64,000 nt of DNA from Woeseia sp. (GTDB lineage: Bacteria; Pseudomonadota; Gammaproteobacteria; Steroidobacterales; UBA11654): positions 5,524-69,523 of the forward strand of contig BPCL01000004.1 of assembly GCA_019653755.1 (NCBI GenBank), in the 5' to 3' direction. Position numbers and translations under genes: made by a program. A model generated the notes under the pieces. The model worked only from the letters and a program-made list of their open reading frames with translations. It was not told where the DNA came from and did not search any database. How positions within the stretch are numbered: the first letter of the stretch is position 1; each line of letters starts with the position of its first letter. This document shows positions 9,653 through 21,981 of this stretch, piece after piece.

Positions 9653-10378
9653 TTATTCTTTTGGCTTTTGATAAGAGGTTAGTATGCCTCGCATAATATT
9701 TACTTCATTCTCATCAAGTTCAGCTCTATTAAATAATGCTCTCAATCTTCGCATTAGTTGTTTTGGGTTTCTAGGGTTAAGAAAACCGGTCTCAAGCAAC
9801 ACTTCTTTTAGATGTTCATAAAATAATTCCATTTCTTGGCCAGAAGCTAAATTTCTTTCGACAATTATCTTGTCGTCCGGCGACAGAGACATTTTGATCT
9901 CGTAAGCCACCACCTGAACCGCCATGGCTAGATTGAGAGAAGAATATTTTTCACCAGTAGGTATATAAACTAAGTGATTACATCTGTCGATTTCTTCATT
10001 GCTTAATCCTGAGGTCTCAGGCCCAAATACAATTGAGATCTTTTGCTTATCAGATATGCTGACAATCTCATCAACAAAGTCTCTTATCGGGGAGACGGGA
10101 ACACTGATCCTTCTATTTCTCGCTGTCGTTCCAATGACATAGCCAGAATCACCAATGGCATCTTCTAAATCATTATGAACGCTTGCGTTCAGCAAAATAT
10201 CAAGTGCAGCTGAAGATCTAGCCCTTGATTCTGGGTGAGGATGTTCACTCGGGTCAACCAAGGCTAGTTGATCAAAACCCATCGTTGCAATAGCCCTAGC
10301 AACCGCTCCTATATTTCCAGGGTGAGACGGTCTTACAAGAACAAATTGTATTTTTTGATTCAAAACAAACTTTAACAA
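9653..10378 (-). CDS. trmJ: tRNA (cytidine/uridine-2'-O)-methyltransferase TrmJ (SpoU/TrmH family)
   Basis: IQFVLVRPSHPGNIGAVARAIATMGF at the N-terminus and a SpoU knot region (LNLAMAVQVVAYE). Sits upstream of the isc genes and divergent from suhB, as in E. coli. Confidence 0.8.
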   Translation of the reverse strand: MLKFVLNQKIQFVLVRPSHPGNIGAVARAIATMGFDQLALVDPSEHPHPESRARSSAALDILLNASVHNDLEDAIGDSGYVIGTTARNRRISVPVSPIRDFVDEIVSISDKQKISIVFGPETSGLSNEEIDRCNHLVYIPTGEKYSSLNLAMAVQVVAYEIKMSLSPDDKIIVERNLASGQEMELFYEHLKEVLLETGFLNPRNPKQLMRRLRALFNRAELDENEVNIMRGILTSYQKPKE

Positions 10379-10466
10379 TTACCAATAAAGTAAAACATTT
10401 GATTAAAAAGTTTTGTTATTCTACACATATTCCATTGAGTTATTTATTCATGATAGAGATTTTAGC

Positions 10467-11273
10467 ATGCAAGCTTTTTTAAACACTGCCGTAGAAGCCG
10501 CGAGAAAGGCTGGTGATATTGCTCAAATTAATTTTGCACGAATTAATCAAAGCGATATAAAAACCAAGGCCTACAATGAGTTTGCGACCTTTGTGGATGA
10601 AGAGGCAGAAAAAGCCATCATTGAAATCATTCATAGCCGATACCCTGACCACACCATATTAGCTGAAGAACAAGGCCTTACAGGTGATGAGTCAGACTAT
10701 TTATGGATTATAGATCCCATTGATGGCACGACAAATTATATTCATTCCTTTCCGGTTTATTGCGTTTCAATTGCATTAAAGATCAAGGGAAGACTCGAGG
10801 TTGCTGTCATCTACGACCCTTCCAGACAAGAATTATTCACTGCTATTAGAGGTATGGGTGCTCTACTTGATGGAAGAAAGATCAGAGTAAGTAAACAGCG
10901 CAAGCTTCAGGGAGCATTGCTTGGAACAGGATTCCCGTATCGGGATCAATTTGATTGGATGGAGGTTTATCTAGACATTTTCATAGATTTTACAAAAATT
11001 GTCGGCGCAATCAGGCGTCCAGGATCTGCGGCTTTGGATTTAGCTTACGTTGCCTCAGGTCGATATGATGGGTTCTGGGAATTTGGGCTTAAACCTTGGG
11101 ACGTTGCAGCTGGGGTTCTTTTAATCCAAGAGGCAGGTGGTTTAGTTAAAAGCATGATACCTGGTGAAGATGCGGTAGAAAGTGGAAGCTTGTTATGCGG
11201 AAACCCTCATCTCTTCGATCCGATGTGTGAAATTGTCTCTAAATACGACGACCGTTTGAAAAAGCTATTCTAA
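10467..11273 (+). CDS. suhB: Inositol monophosphatase family protein SuhB
   Basis: IMPase motifs WIIDPIDGTTNY and WDVAAG. The ATG at 10467 gives the usual MQAFLNTAVEAARKAG N-terminus; the ORF is open from 10413. Confidence 0.88.
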   Translation: MQAFLNTAVEAARKAGDIAQINFARINQSDIKTKAYNEFATFVDEEAEKAIIEIIHSRYPDHTILAEEQGLTGDESDYLWIIDPIDGTTNYIHSFPVYCVSIALKIKGRLEVAVIYDPSRQELFTAIRGMGALLDGRKIRVSKQRKLQGALLGTGFPYRDQFDWMEVYLDIFIDFTKIVGAIRRPGSAALDLAYVASGRYDGFWEFGLKPWDVAAGVLLIQEAGGLVKSMIPGEDAVESGSLLCGNPHLFDPMCEIVSKYDDRLKKLF

Positions 11274-11285
11274 ATTAACTCAGCC

Positions 11286-12206
11286 CTAGGGCATTCCATC
11301 GTCAACTTCTTCTCGTTTAGAGGGCAAAAGATCGGTGGTAGAAATATCTAAATAAAAGACGCTGGTTGAGGCAACAAAGATAGAGGAATAAGTTCCTATT
11401 AATACACCAATAATCAATGCCACAGAGAAACCTGATAGCGATTGTCCGCCCATGAAATATAGAGCCAATAAAACCATCAAGGTCGTTGAACTGGTGATGA
11501 TAGTTCGGCTGATGGTTTGAGTGATTGAAGCATTGAGAACCTCAAGGGTTTCCGTTCTTCTCATAGATCGGAAATTTTCTCTAATTCGATCGAATATAAC
11601 AATGGTGTCATTAAGAGAATAACCAACCACAGCCAATATGGCGGCAAGAACAGCTAGATCAAAAGTAATCTGAAAGAACGAAAAAATACCTAAGGTTATA
11701 AGAACATCATGAATCAAGGCGAGCACCGCACCGATTGAAAATTTCCATTGGAATCGAAAAACAATATAAATCATGATCATGATTAACGCGAAGATCATGG
11801 CTAAACCACCTTGCTCAGTAAGCTCTTCCCCAACCTGCGCACTGACATACTCAGAACTTAATAGTTCGACATTATTTGATGATTGACTAACAGCTTCAAT
11901 AATCTGATTTCCTACTTTTCTTGAATCCACGCCTTCTCTAGGAGCAGTCCTAATCATGAGATCGGTGGCTGAACCTGAGTTTTGCACGATGGCATCATCA
12001 AAGCCAGATCTAGAAAGATCAAGTCTAACCTGCTGGATTTCAGGTGCTTCCTGAAAGCTAACCTCTATCTGGAATCCCCCTGTAAAATCTATCCCTGGGT
12101 TCAAGCCTCTTGTGACAAGAGATAGCCCTGACAAGATCATTAATACAATTGATAAGATCGTGGTTATGCGACGAATAGAGAGAAATTTGATGGTGGTTTT
12201 AAACAT
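11286..12206 (-). CDS. secF: Protein translocase subunit SecF
   Basis: Six-TM SecD/SecF-family C-terminal domain (GYSLNDTIVIFDRIREN). Lies immediately downstream of secD. Confidence 0.93.
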   Translation of the reverse strand: MFKTTIKFLSIRRITTILSIVLMILSGLSLVTRGLNPGIDFTGGFQIEVSFQEAPEIQQVRLDLSRSGFDDAIVQNSGSATDLMIRTAPREGVDSRKVGNQIIEAVSQSSNNVELLSSEYVSAQVGEELTEQGGLAMIFALIMIMIYIVFRFQWKFSIGAVLALIHDVLITLGIFSFFQITFDLAVLAAILAVVGYSLNDTIVIFDRIRENFRSMRRTETLEVLNASITQTISRTIITSSTTLMVLLALYFMGGQSLSGFSVALIIGVLIGTYSSIFVASTSVFYLDISTTDLLPSKREEVDDGMP

Positions 12207-12207
12207 C

Positions 12208-14052
12208 TTAAATCCTCAACTTCTCAATGGTTTTATTTCCATAGAAAAAATTCACAACAGCTCTAGAAGCAATAATAGCTGTGAACAATGAAGTGAGTAT
12301 CCCTAAGGAAAGTGTTACTGCAAAACCTTTAATGGGACCTGTACCAAAGGTAAAAAGCACTAAGGCAGCAATCAGTGTTGTTATATTGGCATCGGCAATG
12401 GTGCCAAAGGCTTTTTGATATCCTGCAGCAATGCTAGCTTGAGGTGAATTACCGTTTCTTAGCTCTTCTCTAATTCGCTCAAAGATAAGAACATTTGCAT
12501 CAACAGCCATCCCGACAGTAAGCACAATTCCAGCGATACCCGGGAGTGTCAGAGACGCCTGTAAAAGTGAGAGCAGAGCCACAATAAGCGTCAAATTAAC
12601 CACTAAGCCAATGTTTGCAATTAAACCAAAACCCTTATAGTAAAGAATCATAAAAATAATAATGGCTATCAGTCCGGCGACAATAGCTGCGAAGCCTTTG
12701 TCGATATTATCTTGACCTAAACTCGGACCCACAGTCTTTTCTTCAATTTTAAAAATAGGTGCCGCTAAAGCTCCTGCTCTCAGTAAAATTGCCAGGTCTT
12801 TAGCTTCAAAGACAGTTAATCCTGTAATTTCAAACTGACTACTAAAAACACCTCTGATGGTAGCTATGTTAATAACTTCTTTATCGAGAACAGACCGATT
12901 AAAAAAATCGCCATCCTCTTCTATGGTTTCTTGACGTTGCTGAACAAATAGAACAGCCATCGGTTTATTTAAGTTCTTTTTAGTGGTTTCCAGCATCGAT
13001 TTAGAACCTTTGCTGTCTAAGCGGATTGAAACAGCTGGCCTTCCTTGGGAAAAAGATTGTGATGCATCAATCAATTGATTACCTGTAACAATTGCCTTCT
13101 TCTTTAAAAGCACAGGGTTACCTGAACGATCCTTAAAAAGATCACAGCCAATTGGTGCTCGTCCTTTCTCTTCAGCTTCAAAAGCATTCTCGTTCTCACA
13201 AACTAAACGAAACTCTAATGTTGCTGTTGCCCCTAATATTCTTTCAGCTTGGGTTGGATCTTGAACCCCTGGTAGCTGGACCACAATGCGGTCAAGGCCT
13301 TGTCGCTGAACAATTGGTTCAGCCACACCTAATTCATTGACTCTATTTCTCATCGTCAGAATATTTTGTTGGATAGCAAAATCTCGTCTTTGCTTAAGCT
13401 GTTCGTCTGTCATGCTCACCACCATCACGGTTTGTGAGCCAGAAGAAGCGTTTGTTACCTCAAGTAAGTTATCAATCTCCCTAACAGATCGTCTTGCCTG
13501 ATTGTAATCCTCAGGGTTAACCAACTCGACTCTCAGGCTATTGCCTTCTTTTCTTATACTTCTTCGTATTCTCTGATCAATAAGTGATTTATTGATGTCA
13601 GTGATGTACTGATCAAGCCTCTGCTGAATTGCAGCATCAAGATCAACTTCAAATTTAAAATAAACCCCTCCTCTAAGATCAAGACCTAGACTCATTTGAT
13701 TTAAATCTAGCTGCTGAATCCAGCCCGGCATTCTCGGCGCGAAGGTCAAAGCCACTGTGGAAAATCTACCTAAATAGGATCTGAGACGATCACTAGCGTC
13801 TATTTGCCCTTCAACATTAGCGAAACGGATGAGCAAATCCCCATTTTTATTAGTAACGGAAGTAAAATTTGATTCTCTGCTCAAGAGGAAATCTTCAACA
13901 TCCTTTAACTCAGTTTCATTAAAAACCAGGCCACTCTCCTTGGAGATTATTAAGGCTGGATCTTCACCGTAGAAATTAGGTAGTGCAAATAGTGTCCCTA
14001 GAAGGATCACAATTATGACCATAGCATTTTTCCAAAAGGGGTACTGATTCAT
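12208..14052 (-). CDS. secD: Protein translocase subunit SecD
   Basis: N-terminal TM helix, large periplasmic domain, then a SecD/F membrane domain (GMAVDANVLIFERIREE). Confidence 0.93.
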   Translation of the reverse strand: MNQYPFWKNAMVIIVILLGTLFALPNFYGEDPALIISKESGLVFNETELKDVEDFLLSRESNFTSVTNKNGDLLIRFANVEGQIDASDRLRSYLGRFSTVALTFAPRMPGWIQQLDLNQMSLGLDLRGGVYFKFEVDLDAAIQQRLDQYITDINKSLIDQRIRRSIRKEGNSLRVELVNPEDYNQARRSVREIDNLLEVTNASSGSQTVMVVSMTDEQLKQRRDFAIQQNILTMRNRVNELGVAEPIVQRQGLDRIVVQLPGVQDPTQAERILGATATLEFRLVCENENAFEAEEKGRAPIGCDLFKDRSGNPVLLKKKAIVTGNQLIDASQSFSQGRPAVSIRLDSKGSKSMLETTKKNLNKPMAVLFVQQRQETIEEDGDFFNRSVLDKEVINIATIRGVFSSQFEITGLTVFEAKDLAILLRAGALAAPIFKIEEKTVGPSLGQDNIDKGFAAIVAGLIAIIIFMILYYKGFGLIANIGLVVNLTLIVALLSLLQASLTLPGIAGIVLTVGMAVDANVLIFERIREELRNGNSPQASIAAGYQKAFGTIADANITTLIAALVLFTFGTGPIKGFAVTLSLGILTSLFTAIIASRAVVNFFYGNKTIEKLRI

Positions 14053-14058
14053 CGAAAT

Positions 14059-14385
14059 TTAACCTTTTTTTATTGTACCTTTTGGCAACAAGGAGCCAAT
14101 TGTATGTCTCTGCACCTTGATAACCGTATCGTCTGATATTTGTAACTGAACATACTGGTCATTGATTTCTTTAATCTTGCCTAAAATTCCTCCAGCAGTT
14201 ACAACTTCATTTCCAACCTCTAAAGAAGTGATCATCTCTTGATGTTCTTTTTGCTTTTTAGACTGCGGCCTAATAAGCAAAAAATAAAAAACAACAAAAA
14301 TAATAATTAAGGGTATAAACGACATAATAGGGTCTCCCCCTATTCCGCCATCTTGTGCCCAAGCATTTTCAAAAAATATACTCAT
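14059..14385 (-). CDS. yajC: Preprotein translocase subunit YajC
   Basis: PLIIIFVVFYFLLIRPQSKKQKEHQEM and VVTAGGILGKI. The ATG at 14385 gives 108 aa; the longer ORF to 14433 is unlikely. Confidence 0.9.
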   Translation of the reverse strand: MSIFFENAWAQDGGIGGDPIMSFIPLIIIFVVFYFLLIRPQSKKQKEHQEMITSLEVGNEVVTAGGILGKIKEINDQYVQLQISDDTVIKVQRHTIGSLLPKGTIKKG

Positions 14386-14433
14386 TTTGCTCCCTTGAGA
14401 AAAAATAGATGTGCAATTATGACACAGAAACAA

Positions 14434-16559
<2,126 letters not shown>

Positions 16560-16619
16560 GAAAACATTATGACCTGTGGACTGTCCTATAAACAAGAGGT
16601 ATTCTGCCATAAGGATTTA

Positions 16620-16703
16620 GCCGGGATGGCGGAATTGGTAGACGCGCCGGATTCAAAATCCGGTGGGGTTAAACCCGTGAGAGTTCGAGTCTCTCTCCCG
16701 GCA
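16620..16703 (+). tRNA. tRNA-Leu (anticodon CAA), long variable arm, no genomically encoded CCA
   Basis: Acceptor GCCGGGA/TCCCGGC. Anticodon stem CCGGA/TCCGG with loop TTCAAAA. T-arm GAGAG-TTCGAGT-CTCTC. Discriminator A is followed by TAATAA. Confidence 0.9.
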
Positions 16704-16719
16704 TAATAAAGATGGGCTT

Positions 16720-17244
16720 ATGAAATATTGCAATCAATGTGGAAAAACTAACGAATCGATTATTCCTGAGAATGATACGAAGGTAAGATTTGTTTGCAGT
16801 GACTGTGGATTCATCCACTATGAAAACCCAAAAATTGTCGTAGGAACTGTGCCAATTTTCAAAAATGAAGTTCTCTTGTGCTTAAGAGCGATAGAACCAA
16901 GAAGAAATTATTGGACGCTTCCTGCAGGTTTCCTCGAGAACGGAGAAAGTCTTGAGCAAGGAGCTATCAGAGAATCTGAAGAAGAGGCAATGTTCACGCC
17001 TTCACTTGGGCCGATGTTAGCAATGATCGATGTTATTCATGCGAATCAAGTGCATATCTTCTTTAGAGCAACTCTAGAAAAATTAGAGTTCTCTGCTGGG
17101 GTTGAATCTCTGGATGTCAAAATGTTTCCTTTAAATGATATTCCTTGGGATAATATGGCATTTGAGACAGGGAAAATTGCTCTTAGAGGAATGATTGAGA
17201 AACCACCTGATGATTTTGAACCGATATATAAAACGATTCAATAA
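16720..17244 (+). CDS. NUDIX hydrolase with N-terminal zinc ribbon
   Basis: CNQCG...CSDCG zinc ribbon, then the Nudix box GFLENGESLEQGAIRESEEEA. Confidence 0.8.
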   Translation: MKYCNQCGKTNESIIPENDTKVRFVCSDCGFIHYENPKIVVGTVPIFKNEVLLCLRAIEPRRNYWTLPAGFLENGESLEQGAIRESEEEAMFTPSLGPMLAMIDVIHANQVHIFFRATLEKLEFSAGVESLDVKMFPLNDIPWDNMAFETGKIALRGMIEKPPDDFEPIYKTIQ

Positions 17245-17256
17245 AACGGAAAACTT

Positions 17257-17580
17257 ATGACATTTTTAGTTGGTGAAAATTGTATAAAGTGTAAATTAGG
17301 AGATTGCGTCGAAGTGTGTCCCGTGGACTGCTTTCATGAAGGTCCCAATATGTTAGTCATCAACCCCGATGAATGCATTGACTGTGCTCTATGTGAACCT
17401 GAATGCCCGGTTGATGCAATTTTTGCAGATGATGAGATTCCTGAAGGTCAAGAAGGCTTTTTGGAGCTTAATATAGAACTCAGTGAAATTTGGCCAGTAA
17501 TTTCTGAAGCGCCTGAACCACCTGAAGATGCTGATGAGTGGAGAGAAGTAAAGAATAAATTAAAATATCTTGAGCGATAG
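17257..17580 (+). CDS. fdxA: Ferredoxin, 7Fe (3Fe-4S plus 4Fe-4S) FdxA type
   Basis: [18 protein letters not shown] and [16 protein letters not shown], with an acidic C-terminal extension. 107 aa. Confidence 0.88.
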   Translation: MTFLVGENCIKCKLGDCVEVCPVDCFHEGPNMLVINPDECIDCALCEPECPVDAIFADDEIPEGQEGFLELNIELSEIWPVISEAPEPPEDADEWREVKNKLKYLER

Positions 17581-17589
17581 GCCCTAGTA

Positions 17590-18327
17590 TTATTGGCTAT
17601 CTAATCGAGCTCGGAGAGTAGCTGCAGGCATATAACCAACTATCATTTCTCCTTTATCGGTTAACATCGTCGGCGTGCCTTGGACATTAAACATTAACCC
17701 CAAATTATAGTGGTCTTGCACAGGATCATCGGCACAGACTTTATTTGATAACTCTTCGCCTCGCTTGGCTTTAGTAATTGCTTTCTGTCGATTATCACTG
17801 CACCAGACCTTTTGCGCCTTATACCAGCTATCTGTTTCAGGTCCGCTTCTTGGGAAAAAGACATACTGCACTCTGATTCCCTCATCCAAGACCTCTTCAA
17901 TTTCTTCATGAAACTTTCGACAATAGCCACAATCAATATCTGTGAAAATTGTAATTGTGTGCTGATAGTCAGGTGGGGCAAAAGTTATCATTGATGCCTG
18001 ACTGATTGAGTTCAAATAATCAATGCGAACATTTTCTCGTTCTAACTCTGTTAAATTCTCACTGGAAGCAGTGTCGTACAAATCCCCGTTAATTAAGTAT
18101 TTTCCATCGTCACTAACATAAAAAACCTGGGATCCAATCTTGACCGTGTAAAGATTATCGATAGGTGATTGCTGCAGGTTGATAGGCGTATCATTTGGGA
18201 AAAATTCTGAGAGTTGAGAAAGAATTGCCTCTACTCTAGTTGTTCCAGGATCATCTTCCTCAGAGTTAAGGCTCATAGTTCCAAACACGCAAGTCACACA
18301 AGCAATCATTGTTAAGTAACGAATCAT
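17590..18327 (-). CDS. dsbC: Thiol:disulfide interchange protein DsbC/DsbG family
   Basis: Signal peptide, N-terminal dimerisation domain, and a thioredoxin fold with DIDCGYCRKFH. Lies downstream of xerD as in E. coli. Confidence 0.8.
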   Translation of the reverse strand: MIRYLTMIACVTCVFGTMSLNSEEDDPGTTRVEAILSQLSEFFPNDTPINLQQSPIDNLYTVKIGSQVFYVSDDGKYLINGDLYDTASSENLTELERENVRIDYLNSISQASMITFAPPDYQHTITIFTDIDCGYCRKFHEEIEEVLDEGIRVQYVFFPRSGPETDSWYKAQKVWCSDNRQKAITKAKRGEELSNKVCADDPVQDHYNLGLMFNVQGTPTMLTDKGEMIVGYMPAATLRARLDSQ

Positions 18328-18347
18328 TGGTCTAGTTTATAAAAATC

Positions 18348-19250
18348 TCATCCCCTTGGGTGATGTTTTTGATGAATATCTTTTAAACGATGTTGAGCAA
18401 TGTGGGTGTAAATTTGGGTAGTGGACAAATCACTATGACCTAAAAGCATTTGCACTACCCTTAAGTCTGCACCGTGATTAATCAAATGAGTCGCAAAAGC
18501 GTGTCTCAGACTGTGTGGAGATAAATCTGATTTGATGCCAACTTTTTTAGAATATTTCTTAATAATTTGCCAAAAAGCCTGTCTTGAAATGTGTTCAGAT
18601 GTCTTCGTTGGAAACAAGAATTCTGATTGTCTTTCTCCTAAGATCTCTATAATTGGTCCATCCAGAAAATTCTTCAACCTTCGTTTTGCTATAGTGCCCA
18701 TAGGCACTAATCGCTCTTTGTTCCCCTTTCCCATCACCCTTACATAGCCTTGATTCAGGTTTACATCTGCTTGTTTGAGACTTACCAGTTCAGACACCCT
18801 TAAGCCGGTAGCATAAAGAATTTCTAACATTGTTCTGTCTCTAAAACCCAGAGGTTTTTTTGAGTTGGGTGCCTTAATCAATTGAAGGACTTCTTCCTCT
18901 GTCAATAACTTCGGAAGACTCTTACCTATTTTTGGCATAGAAATTTTTTCAGTGGGATTAGTCGATATTATTTCCTCTTGAAAAAGATAGCCATAGAATC
19001 GCCGGAATGAAGATAGCATTCTCGCTGAGGTTCTTGCACTGATCCCAGAATGGGCTTTATCTGCTATAAAATCCAATAGATCGGCACGAGAAATATCCTC
19101 GATCTTGAGACGTTTTTTTGAAGCCCATTTGCCTAAAACATTAATATCAGAACGATAGGCGCTCAAGGTGGATTTAGAAAGGCCCTGCTCCAGCCATATT
19201 GAGTCTATGAAAGCATCGATAATTTGATCGGTATCAGAATTATTCGTCAT
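18348..19250 (-). CDS. xerD: Tyrosine recombinase XerD
   Basis: Catalytic residues appear in RDRTMLEILYATGLRVSEL, HSLRHAFATHL, LLGHSDLSTTQIYTH. N-terminal SAM-like domain. 300 aa. Confidence 0.88.
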   Translation of the reverse strand: MTNNSDTDQIIDAFIDSIWLEQGLSKSTLSAYRSDINVLGKWASKKRLKIEDISRADLLDFIADKAHSGISARTSARMLSSFRRFYGYLFQEEIISTNPTEKISMPKIGKSLPKLLTEEEVLQLIKAPNSKKPLGFRDRTMLEILYATGLRVSELVSLKQADVNLNQGYVRVMGKGNKERLVPMGTIAKRRLKNFLDGPIIEILGERQSEFLFPTKTSEHISRQAFWQIIKKYSKKVGIKSDLSPHSLRHAFATHLINHGADLRVVQMLLGHSDLSTTQIYTHIAQHRLKDIHQKHHPRG

Positions 19251-19315
19251 GGGTTTTTTTCATTGCCTAGTTTTGTGTATTATGTTGTTTTTAATATACA
19301 CAATATAAAAAATCC

Positions 19316-20044
19316 ATGAAAAGTGTTTCTATGTATTTATTTGGTTCTTGGGCGTGGCTGGTCTTCACAGTTATTCTCTTAATCATGGTATGTTGCTTTC
19401 CCTTTACCCGTACAGCCGAATCCACTAGGACATTGGGGAAGAGATCTGCATCTGCAATGCTAAAACTAATGGGCATAGAACTTAATGTGGAAGGCAGTGA
19501 GCACCTTGTTAACGGGCCTTCGATTTTGGTCGCAAACCATGCCAGTTATACTGACCCTATGATTTTGGCAGCTGCATTACCTCCTAAATTTGGCTATGTT
19601 GCCAAAAAAGAATTAAAGCATATCCCCTTTGCCAATTATGTTCTTGGAAAGTTAGGGACACATCTTGTAGATAGAGTAAACCCTAAGAAAGGAGCGGATG
19701 ACTTAAACAAAATTATGAAAAGCAATAAAGCTCAAGATTCTATTGTGTTCTTTCCTGAAGCAACATTTCTAAAAGAAAAAGGACTCTTAAAATTTAAAAA
19801 GGGAGCATTTATCACAGCAATTAGAAATAAAAGTCCAGTGATCCCAGTAACCATTAATGGAAGCAGAGAGTTACTTAGATCTGAGAGCTGGTTACCAAAA
19901 AAAGTGAGTCTACACATAAAGATTCATCCGCCGCTCAATACCTCCAATGAATTCACAAATCCGCAGGAATTATCTGATGAGTCCAGGAAAATGATTCTTG
20001 GAGATCTAAACGAACCTGATCTCAACCACAGATCTTTCTCTTAA
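19316..20044 (+). CDS. 1-acyl-sn-glycerol-3-phosphate acyltransferase family protein
   Basis: N-terminal TM helix, the H(X)4D motif NHASYTDP, and the FPEATF motif. Confidence 0.75.
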   Translation: MKSVSMYLFGSWAWLVFTVILLIMVCCFPFTRTAESTRTLGKRSASAMLKLMGIELNVEGSEHLVNGPSILVANHASYTDPMILAAALPPKFGYVAKKELKHIPFANYVLGKLGTHLVDRVNPKKGADDLNKIMKSNKAQDSIVFFPEATFLKEKGLLKFKKGAFITAIRNKSPVIPVTINGSRELLRSESWLPKKVSLHIKIHPPLNTSNEFTNPQELSDESRKMILGDLNEPDLNHRSFS

Positions 20045-20045
20045 T

Positions 20046-21323
20046 CTAACCTCGTCTGTCGGAGACGTATTCTATCCAAGATTCTGCGTTTCTTTTATTG
20101 CTCTCAGTACCAACTTCTATAGCTTCAGTGAAAGATTCAATGGCTTGTTCATATTCTTCAAGTTCTGTATGAGCCATTCCTCTGAGAATAAAAACGTCCC
20201 CAGGATTCTCAAGATTAGGATCAAGCAACGCCATTTCTGTAGCTTCTTTAATTCCATCCCAATCGCTCATTTCATTAAGCAACATTGCCTTCTGAATGAA
20301 CAATGATCCATCTTCTATCATAGGGGCAAGTACATCTATTACTTCTATGGCTTCCTTGAACTCTCTCGCTGAAGTCCATGCGCCTAAAAGCAGTCTTAGG
20401 TTGTCCTCATTCCTCTCGATTAAACCAGCATCCATATTTTCTTGCATAATCACAGCTGCTTGATAGGGAATCTCTAGATATAGACTTAATCTTGCTAAAC
20501 TCTCAAGCGTCTCTTTTTTCTCAATAGAGTTGTTTTTATATCCCAAATTTAGAGCAGCTAATGCATCTGCATCCTTTTGCATTTCCATGTATGCGCCAGC
20601 CATTGTTTCCCAGTATTTTTCTTTTTCTGGCCAATATGTTGCAAGCTGCTTAACAATATTAATCGCATCGTCATAACGTTTATTAAGAAATAAGATGGCA
20701 AGCTCTAACTCAAGCCAGCTCTGTTTTGGCTCTAAAGATTTGAGATTAGCCATAGTGATATAGGGTAACGCTTCCAAAGGTTTCCCTTGTTGGAAATAAG
20801 CGATGCCTGTCATGATATAGGACTCTGCAGCTGGGTCCTTTTCATATTTAAAAAATTCCATCAAAGAAGCAATAGCAAGGTCCCATTGCTCTTTGGAACC
20901 ATAAAGACTAGCGATATTGAACAAGGTTCCTTGATGTTGTGTGTTACCTAAGACATTGTATTCAACACATTTACTGAATACCTCAATTGCGTCATCTATT
21001 TTGTTCTGATTAACATAGATGAATCCCATAAATTGATACACCACGGCTTCTTCGTATTTTGTCAAATTCCAACTCAGCATTTTCTGTAAATTTTCCATTG
21101 CTCCTTCAAAATCATTATCTCCAAAGCGATCGGCAATCCCTTCAAATTTCTTATTGACATTATTGGTCATCTGCCTTGCCGAATTCGGTCGTTCAATTGC
21201 CACACGATCCTCTCGCAGAGGATGATATTGTGGCAATGACTCGGAAATTGAATACTCTGCATAGACACCTAATAACAATGGCAATACAATCAACAATTTT
21301 CTGAAGTTAATGAATTTCGTCAT
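20046..21323 (-). CDS. Secreted TPR-repeat protein (TtpD-like accessory protein of TonB2-type systems)
   Basis: Signal peptide followed by multiple TPR helices. It is the last gene of the DUF3450/ExbB/ExbD/TonB cluster. Confidence 0.6.
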   Translation of the reverse strand: MTKFINFRKLLIVLPLLLGVYAEYSISESLPQYHPLREDRVAIERPNSARQMTNNVNKKFEGIADRFGDNDFEGAMENLQKMLSWNLTKYEEAVVYQFMGFIYVNQNKIDDAIEVFSKCVEYNVLGNTQHQGTLFNIASLYGSKEQWDLAIASLMEFFKYEKDPAAESYIMTGIAYFQQGKPLEALPYITMANLKSLEPKQSWLELELAILFLNKRYDDAINIVKQLATYWPEKEKYWETMAGAYMEMQKDADALAALNLGYKNNSIEKKETLESLARLSLYLEIPYQAAVIMQENMDAGLIERNEDNLRLLLGAWTSAREFKEAIEVIDVLAPMIEDGSLFIQKAMLLNEMSDWDGIKEATEMALLDPNLENPGDVFILRGMAHTELEEYEQAIESFTEAIEVGTESNKRNAESWIEYVSDRRG

Positions 21324-21326
21324 AAG

Positions 21327-21977
21327 CTAATCTAATTTAAATTCTAGTGTCTGCATGGCTTTTCTTTCAACAGGCACTCCGTTGACAATTCTTGGCTTAA
21401 ATTTCCATTTGAGAACAGCCCTGATCACGTTCCGATCAAAAAGTCTCTTAGGAACTGATTCCACCACAACCACACCTCTAACAGAACCATCTGTCGCTAT
21501 AGTAACCTCAACAACTACATAACCTTCTATACCTTCAACTAATGCTTCTCTAGGCCATTGTGGATCTATTCTTACTATAGGTAATACATCTCCTTCAGCA
21601 AGAGGGTTTCCTTGCCAGTTCCCTAAAAAGGGGCCTCCCCCAGCAATGGTGGGTAAATCTATATCAGGAATTTCTATCTTAACTTTATTCAAGGTTGGTT
21701 TTACCTGCTTGTTGACTATTAATTTAGGAGGTGGCGGAGGCTCTTTAGGTGGCTTAGGCTTTATGGGCTTTCTTCTGTCCTTAAAGCTTAAACTTTCGTC
21801 ATCCTTGATACGAATAAATTCCATCATTTGTCCTTCGGATGAAGAACGAAATCTTTGGTCTCCAGAATCAATTAATGCCTGCATTAGAAAAAACAAACAT
21901 AAAGTAATGATTACCCCTATCAACAAAGCAGTGAGGTATCTAAACTCTGGCTTCAAATTAATTGTTAATGATTCCAT
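21327..21977 (-). CDS. tonB: Energy transducer TonB
   Basis: N-terminal TM anchor, Pro/Lys-rich spacer RRKPIKPKPPKEPPPPPK, and a C-terminal TonB domain (YPREALVEGIEGYVVVEVTI..G). The ATG at 21977 lies 4 nt after the exbD stop. Confidence 0.8.
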   Translation of the reverse strand: MESLTINLKPEFRYLTALLIGVIITLCLFFLMQALIDSGDQRFRSSSEGQMMEFIRIKDDESLSFKDRRKPIKPKPPKEPPPPPKLIVNKQVKPTLNKVKIEIPDIDLPTIAGGGPFLGNWQGNPLAEGDVLPIVRIDPQWPREALVEGIEGYVVVEVTIATDGSVRGVVVVESVPKRLFDRNVIRAVLKWKFKPRIVNGVPVERKAMQTLEFKLD

Positions 21978-21981
21978 TCTT

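Noticed and set aside
11283-11292. GCCCTAGGGC perfect palindrome between suhB and secF, considered as a bidirectional terminator
   Set aside because: It is 10 bp with no loop and no flanking T-run, and it contains the secF stop codon. Too short to form a stable hairpin.
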